From: Candidatus Methanosuratincola verstraetei
GTDB lineage: Archaea > Thermoproteota > Methanomethylicia > Methanomethylicales > Methanomethylicaceae
Length of the DNA stretch: 64,000 nucleotides
NCBI GenBank assembly: GCA_049570475.1
Contig: CP186953.1
Span: 1,088,001 to 1,152,000, forward strand
Direction: 5' to 3'
Positions 46,249 through 54,091 of this stretch are shown one piece after another. Below the pieces are notes generated by a model that was not told the DNA's origin, made no database searches, and saw only the letters and a list, made by a program, of their open reading frames with translations. The first letter of the stretch is position 1. Each line of letters starts with the position of its first letter. Position numbers and translations under genes: made by a program.

Positions 46249-48018
46249 TCACCCCATGACGAGCCTCTCGAACTCTTCGAGCCCTGCCCTGATCATCTCC
46301 TCGGTGATTGACCCAAGGGGCGTCGGCGTTTCGCAGATCCTCTTGGGTATCCGGAGATCCCTTAGGCTGAACCCTTCCCTGTACTTGAAGGCGTACTTCT
46401 GCCTCAGGATGGCCCTGCCGCGTTCCTTGAGATCCTCCGCGCTACGCTCCAGCCCGAGCACCCTCAGGCACCGCGAAACCGCCTCCGGGGTGTAGACCCC
46501 CCTAGCGAAGTAGCAGACGACCAGGCTCGAGAGGACCTGCCTCCAGGACTCCTCTTCGAAGAGCTCCTTCGCTGCATACTCCGGCGTGTACTTCAACCCC
46601 TCCTTGTACATCCTCTGGTCGATGCTGTACCCTGCTCCGTCGAGGTGGCTGTGCCTCGCCCCAGTCAAGTATCCGAGGTGGGCTACGGGCCCTGTGTGGT
46701 AACCTGGCATCTCATTGCCGCCGAACTCAAGTGCGAAATCCTCCCCGCCGTACTTTGATGAGGCGTACCTCACCCCCTTCGCCAGCGCCTGGAAGAACTC
46801 GTTTTCCATGCTAACTATCCGCTTGGCTGCCTTGATGTACGTATCATGGTCGCCCCACTTGAGCGCCAGCCCGCCCGCGTCGCTTTCCTTGACTATTCCC
46901 CTCTCCATTGCCTCTGTTGCCCAGGCTAGGACCACCCCGGTCGACATCGCGTCGAGCCCGAGCTCCTCAACCGTGTCCATGAGCTTGAGGTAACCCTCGG
47001 GGCTCTTCAGATCGAGCATCGCGCCCAGCGCATAGATCGGCTCGTAGTCGTACGAGATCATCTTTGTCTTGTAGAAGTACGGTTCGCTCTCGTACGGCTC
47101 CCGGAGCGCCGCGATGTGTATGCAGCTCACAGGGCAGTGGGCGCACGCGGTCCTCCTCCCCAGGTACTTCTCTGCCATGTTCTCCCCCGAGAGCTCCTGG
47201 GCGCCTGAGAACCTGTTCGACTGGAGGTTCCTGGAGGGCAGCGAACCCGTCATGTTCAGCGGGAGCACGTTCATCGGCGTCCCCAGCTCGTGGTATTTGC
47301 ACATCAGCGGCGACTTGCAGAATGTGTTGAAGAGCTCCTCGTAGAGGGCCCTGTATGCCTTTGGGTCCTTGAACTTGAGCGACTTCTTGCCCGAGACCAC
47401 AACCGCCTTCAAGTTCTTGCTCCCGAAGACCGCCCCAAGCCCGAGCCTGCCGAAGTGCCTGTACGTCTCGGTCGTGACATACGCATAGGGGATGAGCCTC
47501 TCCCCTGCCTTGCCGATCCGCATTATCGTCCTTACGCCCGCGCCCGGCTCGACCTCCCTGATTATCCTTCCGACGGTGGAGGCGCTGTTCATGCCCCAGA
47601 GCGCCGAGGCGTCCCTGAACTTCGCCCCATCCTCATCTATGGTGAGGTACACTGGGGACTCGCTCTTGCCCCTGATCACTACCGCACCGTAGCCAGCCAT
47701 CCTGATCGCGATGCTCGACCTACCGCCTGCGTGGCTCTCTCCCAGGTTCCCTGTCAGCGGTGACTTGAACATCGCGACGGTCTTAGAGGCCAACGGGAAT
47801 ACCCCGTTCATGAGCCCGACCGCGAGTACTATTGGGTTCTTCGGCGAGAGCGGGTCCGTACCCTGCGGGCACTCTTCAGAAAGCAGCCTTATTCCAGCGC
47901 CCGCGCCGCCGAAATGCTCTGTGAAGAGCTCAGGCCTCTCCTCGACCCAGTAGGTCCTCCTCGCTAGGTCTACATACAGGATCCTCGAGAGGTCCCCTGC
48001 GTTTTCGCTGCCTGCCAT
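46249..48018 (-). CDS. Tungsten/molybdenum aldehyde:ferredoxin oxidoreductase family, large subunit
   Basis: KSPLTG..GESHAGG, GRLGLGAVFGSKNLKA, ACAHCPVSC, YEP, GLDAMS, SSLVVC. Confidence 0.9.
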   Translation of the reverse strand: MAGSENAGDLSRILYVDLARRTYWVEERPELFTEHFGGAGAGIRLLSEECPQGTDPLSPKNPIVLAVGLMNGVFPLASKTVAMFKSPLTGNLGESHAGGRSSIAIRMAGYGAVVIRGKSESPVYLTIDEDGAKFRDASALWGMNSASTVGRIIREVEPGAGVRTIMRIGKAGERLIPYAYVTTETYRHFGRLGLGAVFGSKNLKAVVVSGKKSLKFKDPKAYRALYEELFNTFCKSPLMCKYHELGTPMNVLPLNMTGSLPSRNLQSNRFSGAQELSGENMAEKYLGRRTACAHCPVSCIHIAALREPYESEPYFYKTKMISYDYEPIYALGAMLDLKSPEGYLKLMDTVEELGLDAMSTGVVLAWATEAMERGIVKESDAGGLALKWGDHDTYIKAAKRIVSMENEFFQALAKGVRYASSKYGGEDFALEFGGNEMPGYHTGPVAHLGYLTGARHSHLDGAGYSIDQRMYKEGLKYTPEYAAKELFEEESWRQVLSSLVVCYFARGVYTPEAVSRCLRVLGLERSAEDLKERGRAILRQKYAFKYREGFSLRDLRIPKRICETPTPLGSITEEMIRAGLEEFERLVMG

Positions 48019-48422
48019 CACGCCACCTCCTCCATCCTGATCACGCCGTACGGGCAGAAGCCCGCGCAGTAGCCGCAGTAGACGCAGACCGTTGGCTTGT
48101 CCAGCTCCACGTCCCAGAAGATCGCCCCGAGGGTGCACCCCCTCACGCAGTTCCCGCAGGCGATGCACTTCGCGTAGTTGAGGCGCACCCCGCCCCCCTC
48201 CCTCCTTGCGAGCGCGCCTGTCGGGCACACCTTCGAGCAGGGCGGGTCCGGGCATGCGCGGCAGACCCTGACCACGAACCCGCGCTCTATCCCCCCCGCC
48301 GATTGTATGTGGATCGCTGATCTGCCAAGCCCGGCCTCGCCGAACCTCCTGTTGCAGGCGAACATGCAGCTCTGGCACCCGACGCACAAATCAACGTCTA
48401 CGACAGAGAGCCTCTTTACCAA
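48018..48422 (-). CDS. 4Fe-4S dicluster subunit of the oxidoreductase
   Basis: Four CxxCxx(xx)CxxxC-type clusters; 1-nt overlap with the large subunit. Confidence 0.88.
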   Translation of the reverse strand: MVKRLSVVDVDLCVGCQSCMFACNRRFGEAGLGRSAIHIQSAGGIERGFVVRVCRACPDPPCSKVCPTGALARREGGGVRLNYAKCIACGNCVRGCTLGAIFWDVELDKPTVCVYCGYCAGFCPYGVIRMEEVA

Positions 48423-48757
48423 AATCCAACCCCCAGAACACTGCATTATACTATCTCCTGCGCCCATAAATCCCTTCGTGCAGAACGCGATTTCTTTCCC
48501 AGCCCATCTCTCCGACGAGCTCGATGTGCATCCTCAAGTATTTGGATAGCCGTTTCTAGGAATGCATATTTTCATATACACTCCCATTCGGAGCATTGGC
48601 GGCTTCTTCAGTCCATCCTGCTCTCCAGCTCTCAGGCAAAGTAGGAGCGTGCAGGTATTCATCCCTCAAAAGCTGCCAAGAGGCGTCCGCACTCACGGCA
48701 AACGGTTGGCCGCACAGGCGCAGACCACGCAGGAGTATCGCCAATGAGGCAAGCCTG

Positions 48758-50707
48758 TTACATCCTCTCCGGCGCCTTCACCCCGAGGAGCGCGAGCGCG
48801 TTCGAGAGCACGATCCTCGTCGAGTCCACCAGCCGCAGCCTGGCGTTCTTCGCCCCCTCGCCCTCCGCCTTGAGCACCGGCACGTTGTCGTAGAACAGGT
48901 TGAACTTGGACGCCAGCTCGTTTGCGTACTCTGCGATCTCCTCTGGCCTCAGGCTCCTTGCTGCCTCCTCTACCACCTCAGGGAACTTCGAGAGCATGAT
49001 CACGAGCTCCCTCTCATGCTTCGAGGAGAGCGCAGAGTAGTCGACCGCGGCCCCCCTCCAGCCCTCGCCTGCCTTCACAAGAATGTTGCACGCCCTGGCA
49101 TGCGCATACTGGATGAACGGGGCGCTGTTCTGCTCGAAGTTGATCACCCTGTCCCATGTGAAGGTGATCGGCTTCTGCGGCGCGACAGCCGCCAGGGCAT
49201 ACCTGACCGCCCCTACCCCGACGACCTCCGAGATCCTCCGCCTCTCCTCCTCGCTGAGGTGCGGGGACCTCTCGGTCACCTCCCTGTACGCCCTCTGTAC
49301 CGCCTCCTCCAGCACCTCGTCGAACGTGACGTACCTGCCGCGCCTCCCGGACATCTTGTATCCGGGCAGGTGGACGAGCTCGTAGCTGTAATGCATCAGC
49401 CTCTCTGCATCATCCCCCATCCCGAGCGCATGCAGCGCGATCTTCAGCTGGAGCTGCGGGAGCTTCTGCTCGATCGATATCACATTGATCACCCTGTCTG
49501 CGCGCCCGAACTTCCAAAGGGTGTAGGCTATGTCCCGGGTCGTGTAGAGCGTCGTCCCGTCCGAGCGCATCAGCGTCAGCGGCGGGACCTCGGTCTTGAT
49601 GCCATACTTCTCCCTCAGCCCGAACCTCTCGACCACCGCCTCGCAGTCGAGCACCACGGTCCCGTCCTCCAGCTTCGTGAACCCAGTTCTGGAGAGCCTC
49701 TCAACCACCTCCTTGGCCCCCCCATTCCAGGAGGCCGTCTCGCTCTCCCAGTCCCAGCTGTCGAACACAATGCCCACGCGCCCGAGCGTCTCCCTGAATC
49801 CCTCGAGCGCCGCGTCGCAGAGCCCCCTTATCAGGGAAACTGCAGCCGGGTCCTTGGACTCGTACCTCTTCAGGAGCTCCGCGACCTCCCCCTCAGGATC
49901 CGCTGAGGCGTTTACCCCCCCGAGTATCCTGTCGAAAGTCTCAGCGTCCTTCTCCCTCAGCTCTGCCGAGACAGAGACCCAGTCGTCGAGCTCCGTGATC
50001 TTCAACCTCGCCTCCTCGTCCTTGCCCTCCGCCTTTAGCCGCTCTATCTCTCCCTTCAGCGCCCTGATGTTCATTGCGCAGCTCGTAGACGCGTAGACGA
50101 AGCCAATGAAGTGGTCGCGCTTCCCCTTCGCGGCGGACCTGACCGCCTCCTCCCCGCCCAGCATGCTCAGCCCGTAAGCCGCCTGGGAGACCTGCAGCCC
50201 GACATCGTCGATGTAGAAGTGCCTCCTGACATCCTTCCCCGCCGCCTTCAGCACCCTTGACAAGCAGTCGCCTATGACAGCGTTCCTGGCGCCCCCTATG
50301 TGTATCGGGTGGATCGGGTTGACGCTCGTGTGCTCAACGAGAACTTTCTCACCATCTCCCCTGGATGTGCCATAGCCCGATCCCTCTGTGCTGACTGACC
50401 TGATCAGCTCCTCTGCGAAAGCCTTCGGCTCGATGTAGAAGTTGACATAGCCGGCGCCGGCCGCCTCGACCTTCCCGACGAGCCTCCATGCGCCCACTTG
50501 GGCGGCTGCAGCGATCCTCGATGCTATAGCCCTCGGGTCGCCCCTGACCTTCTTCGCGAGTGCGAAGGTCGAGAAGCTCAGCTCGCCGAGCGAAGGATCG
50601 CTCGGGGTTGCCAGCCTCACATCCTCTGCAGGCATCCCCTCCCTCTCTAGGGCTGCCTTTACCAGCCTGGTGCACTCATCCCTGAACTCGGCAAAGGGGC
50701 CGCTCAT
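48758..50707 (-). CDS. argS: Arginine--tRNA ligase
   Basis: EHTSVNP..PIHIGGARN, RSDGTTLY.TRD, MSGRRG, QYAHAR, ERM C-terminus. Confidence 0.96.
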   Translation of the reverse strand: MSGPFAEFRDECTRLVKAALEREGMPAEDVRLATPSDPSLGELSFSTFALAKKVRGDPRAIASRIAAAAQVGAWRLVGKVEAAGAGYVNFYIEPKAFAEELIRSVSTEGSGYGTSRGDGEKVLVEHTSVNPIHPIHIGGARNAVIGDCLSRVLKAAGKDVRRHFYIDDVGLQVSQAAYGLSMLGGEEAVRSAAKGKRDHFIGFVYASTSCAMNIRALKGEIERLKAEGKDEEARLKITELDDWVSVSAELREKDAETFDRILGGVNASADPEGEVAELLKRYESKDPAAVSLIRGLCDAALEGFRETLGRVGIVFDSWDWESETASWNGGAKEVVERLSRTGFTKLEDGTVVLDCEAVVERFGLREKYGIKTEVPPLTLMRSDGTTLYTTRDIAYTLWKFGRADRVINVISIEQKLPQLQLKIALHALGMGDDAERLMHYSYELVHLPGYKMSGRRGRYVTFDEVLEEAVQRAYREVTERSPHLSEEERRRISEVVGVGAVRYALAAVAPQKPITFTWDRVINFEQNSAPFIQYAHARACNILVKAGEGWRGAAVDYSALSSKHERELVIMLSKFPEVVEEAARSLRPEEIAEYANELASKFNLFYDNVPVLKAEGEGAKNARLRLVDSTRIVLSNALALLGVKAPERM

Positions 50708-50816
50708 AACACAAACTGACCTCTCGCTCCATTCCTCTGCCCTTCAGAAAAACCTTTTCCTGCCCAATCCCTCAATCCCAAAAGGCTGATATACCATATT
50801 CCATTCGGGTATCTCA

Positions 50817-52520
50817 GTGCCGGCAAAAAGCCCGGGAACCGCAGGCGATCAGGCGATGGGGCTGGAAGACTACCTCTCCAACAACCCGCACAGGGAGTGG
50901 GTGCTGAAGTACTTGGCAGAGAGCCTCTGGTACCCGGGAGACCTCTCCTTGGTCAGGAAGGTGACGAGCGCAGTCTGGGAGGAGCTGTCATCTATAGGAT
51001 CCCTGTACCGCGAAGATGTGGAGAGGGAAGGCTGGGATAGCGTCGAGCAGAGGCTCATCTCGCACTGGAGGCGGGACCTCTCAAGGTACAAGAACCCGGA
51101 CGAGGTCGCCTGGGGGGAGCTCAACGGCATCAACCCGCAGGTCCTCCGGATAGTCAAGGGGATATTCCCGTCCGTGAGCCACTACAGCAAGCCATCGGCA
51201 GCCGCCATGAGGGCAGAGCAGCCCGAAATACCCCCAGATTTACAGGCCCTTCCGCCGCAGAGAAAGTCGAGGAAGTACATCGCTGCAGCCACCGCTGCGG
51301 CGGTGTTGATTGTGCTAGCAGTCTACGTCGCATTCTCGCAGGGATTGCTGACCATCCCCGCCCAGAAGGCAGTCCCTGACACCGCGCCGCCCGAGATCCT
51401 TTACACGGGCCCGCCTGAGGGCGCCCAGGTAATGAACCCTGTGAAGATCATCGCCAGGTACTCCGACGACAGAATGGTCAACCTCTCCTCGGTCAGGATC
51501 TTTGTTAACGGCTCTGAGGTCGTCCCTACTAGGATCACCCTGAACGAAGTGGAGTACACCTCCGCCCTCCCGCTCGGCAGGTGCGAGGTAGCCCTCACGC
51601 TCAGCGACCTCTCGAACAACACGGCGAGCGCGACCTGGTCATTCACAGTCTCATCGTTCATGCAGGTAGTGGGATCCGCAGTCCTGGGGGAGATCAACTC
51701 CGCCAGGGCAGCGCTCGGATTGCCCTTGGTGGAACCGTCGCTTGAGTATGTGGCGGCCAACTACAGGGCACAGGACATGCTCGCGGGAGGGTACTTCAAC
51801 CACTACGACCTGTCTGGGCGCCTCCCCAACTATCACTACACCTCGCTGGGCGGCGCCTACTACATCGAGGAGAACATCGGCTACTACTACTCCCCGCCCT
51901 TGGACGCCGACCGCGCAGTCAACAGCTCCCGGGAGCTGGTCCATGACATGATCTATGACGACGCAGCGAGCGGCTGGGGGCACAGGGACTCTCTCCTCGA
52001 CCCCACCAACAACCGCGCCGAGGTGGGCGTCGCCTGGAACGGATCCCGCCTCTTCCTCGTCATCCACATGGTCAAGGAATGGGTCAGCTGGTCCAGTCCG
52101 CCGCATGTTTCGGGCGGCGTCTTCTCCTGCTCGGGCAGCCTCACCATGAACGGATCCATGCTCAAGTCCGTGGTGATCTATTACAGCGACCCGGGCGATC
52201 ACGACAACTTCTCCTACAACCCCTCTCTGCGCGTGCTCGTGGGCGAGGAGAGCTACAGCCTGGGGAGCCTGGTCGCTGGCGTGGCGCCCCCGCCGATGTT
52301 CTACCCTGGGATCCAGACGATCAGGCCGAGCAAATGGTCTGTCTCGGGGCAGAGCTTCTCGGTAGCGTTCAACGCCTCCGGTCTGGGCTCGATCGCGGGC
52401 CCTGGGCTTTACACTGTTGTCTTATATGCGTCCAATACCCTGGGCGTTCAGCATCCGTATGATCCGGATCGGTACTCCGGCGAGATCCCCGTCCTCTCGT
52501 ACACGATCCTCGTAGGGTGA
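50817..52520 (+). CDS. Membrane-anchored CAP/SCP-domain protein with an Ig-like domain
   Basis: TM helix, DT.PP Ig-like segment, IN..R...GL, A.DM...YFNH, EENI, WGHRDSLL. Confidence 0.78.
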   Translation: MPAKSPGTAGDQAMGLEDYLSNNPHREWVLKYLAESLWYPGDLSLVRKVTSAVWEELSSIGSLYREDVEREGWDSVEQRLISHWRRDLSRYKNPDEVAWGELNGINPQVLRIVKGIFPSVSHYSKPSAAAMRAEQPEIPPDLQALPPQRKSRKYIAAATAAAVLIVLAVYVAFSQGLLTIPAQKAVPDTAPPEILYTGPPEGAQVMNPVKIIARYSDDRMVNLSSVRIFVNGSEVVPTRITLNEVEYTSALPLGRCEVALTLSDLSNNTASATWSFTVSSFMQVVGSAVLGEINSARAALGLPLVEPSLEYVAANYRAQDMLAGGYFNHYDLSGRLPNYHYTSLGGAYYIEENIGYYYSPPLDADRAVNSSRELVHDMIYDDAASGWGHRDSLLDPTNNRAEVGVAWNGSRLFLVIHMVKEWVSWSSPPHVSGGVFSCSGSLTMNGSMLKSVVIYYSDPGDHDNFSYNPSLRVLVGEESYSLGSLVAGVAPPPMFYPGIQTIRPSKWSVSGQSFSVAFNASGLGSIAGPGLYTVVLYASNTLGVQHPYDPDRYSGEIPVLSYTILVG

Positions 52521-52625
52521 AAGGGTGGACAAAACGCGGAGTTGGGAGAGGTGCTCGCCAGCGCTCCCCGTATGCAAAATGCATCTCTTTCCGACGGCCT
52601 TTCCATCTGGAGAACGACTGATCCG

Positions 52626-53213
52626 TCACGTGACCTCTACGGTGATGTCGTCAAGGTAGTACGTCATGCAAGTTTCCCAGCGCACCGAAATTCCTGCTGC
52701 GACCCACAACTCCTGAGCCTTGCCGCCGTCGATGTTGACCACGAGGCTGTACCTCTTCCACCCTGCCACCTCGTTGGCTGGTGCAAGTACTGACAGATCC
52801 CCCTCGCGCTCCGGGTCCTCGAATCCGGCATATGCGCAGACCACTGCAATCGTATTGAAGCTCTCTGATTGGCTGTAAAGACCAAATGTGATGTTGACGC
52901 GCCGCGCCCCCTCCTTCAGGAGCAATTTCCTCTCAATCCAGACTGCCCCGTCGTCCTGCCTCCCATCGATGAAGAGCTTCATGGAGTACATCCCAGACCT
53001 GGAAACATCCGTCGAGCGCGCCACATCCCAGTCTACAGGTCCGCCCGTATTCGGATCAATCGGAACGTCTGCGTCCGGATCCCATCCGCCAAATCCGGTT
53101 TCGAAGCCTTCAGTTAACCTCTCCGATGTGAAATGCGCCTGCGGGTATAAAGCCGCGATTGCACCCGCGATAAACAATGCTGATGCCAAGAGGATGATTG
53201 TTTTTGCCTTCAA
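52626..53213 (-). CDS. Secreted hypothetical protein (beta-sandwich-like)
   Basis: Signal peptide, EGFETG..GW, YLDDITV. Confidence 0.7.
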   Translation of the reverse strand: MKAKTIILLASALFIAGAIAALYPQAHFTSERLTEGFETGFGGWDPDADVPIDPNTGGPVDWDVARSTDVSRSGMYSMKLFIDGRQDDGAVWIERKLLLKEGARRVNITFGLYSQSESFNTIAVVCAYAGFEDPEREGDLSVLAPANEVAGWKRYSLVVNIDGGKAQELWVAAGISVRWETCMTYYLDDITVEVT

Positions 53214-53520
53214 TCACATCGCCGCGATAATTGATGATGTCCCAAAAGATAATGCTACTCATTAGTCCTTAATGTTCGCGGCGTTAGAACGCCCGACGAG
53301 GGCGATGCCTTGAGGCATGCATTTGATCCGCATGCAGTTCGGCACGACCCATGACGCTCTCTTGGCGAGATAAGTGGTGGGTTTCACCACAGCACAAGGA
53401 AATGAGTGATGAAAGCGGCTATAGGTCGCAAGCTCTTGAAGCATGCCTGGAAAGTGGGGGCAGCACTGTTGGCGACTTGGCCTTCGAAGGGGGAGGTGAG
53501 GCACTGAGGAAATGGCAGAT

Positions 53521-53676
53521 TGGTGGGCCCGTCGGGATTTGAACCCGAGATATCAGGCTTTCCGCTGGCAGGATCCGCAGGCTTCCGCCCCTGCCCCATT
53601 GATCTTCGGCATCTTTTGTGCCCGTGCTTCACCAAGAGCAGGGTCTGCGTCCTGATCCATGCTAGACCACGAGCCC
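53521..53676 (-). tRNA. tRNA-Arg(GCG) with two introns: 62 nt at 29/30 (53583-53644) and 15 nt at 37/38 (53560-53574); CCA encoded
   Basis: Acceptor GGGCTCG/CGGGCCC-A-CCA, D-loop GGA (A20). Removing both BHB-type introns gives the anticodon arm CAGGC-CTGCGGA-GCCTG. Confidence 0.88.
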
Positions 53677-53729
53677 ACTACAGAGGTAGATATAAGGCTA
53701 ATAAATATAATATTTGGTGAGGGTCGATT

Positions 53730-53945
53730 ATGGGCAAGGTCAAGAAAGGCGAGCTCTGCTCAGTCTCCGGGTGCGGGAACAACGCAGTCCGTTCCCTATC
53801 GCCGTCCTATGCGGCTGAGATGAAGCAGGCAGGCTATGCCATAAATGAATCCGCCAGGCTCTACCTCTGCGAGCAGCACTACAAGGAGTTCAAGAAAGTA
53901 CACTCGAAGGAGGACAGGCTCGAGAAGTGGCGCCTCTCAGGATGA
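53730..53945 (+). CDS. Small conserved archaeal Zn-finger protein
   Basis: CSVSGC...A.RS...YLC..HYK. Confidence 0.75.
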   Translation: MGKVKKGELCSVSGCGNNAVRSLSPSYAAEMKQAGYAINESARLYLCEQHYKEFKKVHSKEDRLEKWRLSG

Positions 53946-54091
53946 CCCCTTTTTTCCGGAGCTCCTGCCCCGTGCAGCGCGCCGACCCCGATCACACATC
54001 TGGGCTCAGGTCAATCGTTGGGTAGCCTGTGCTGCAGCCCGTGAACGATAAGCAATAATAGACGACTGCCCTACTCTTCTCTGGGATACTG

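Noticed and set aside
48019-48387. N-terminal extension of the 712-aa AOR ORF
   Set aside because: It overlaps the ferredoxin-subunit gene in another frame; the real start is ATG 48018 after a GGAGGTG ribosome-binding site.
48596-49906. Long alternative-frame ORFs (436 aa here; also 54613-55713, 55445-56275 and 60010-60741)
   Set aside because: These are shadow ORFs of GC-rich genes (argS, polB1, thrS) with no recognisable motifs.
50817-53520. Integrated element at the 3' end of tRNA-Arg(GCG)
   Set aside because: No integrase and no duplicated tRNA 3' end (att site) seen in the window.
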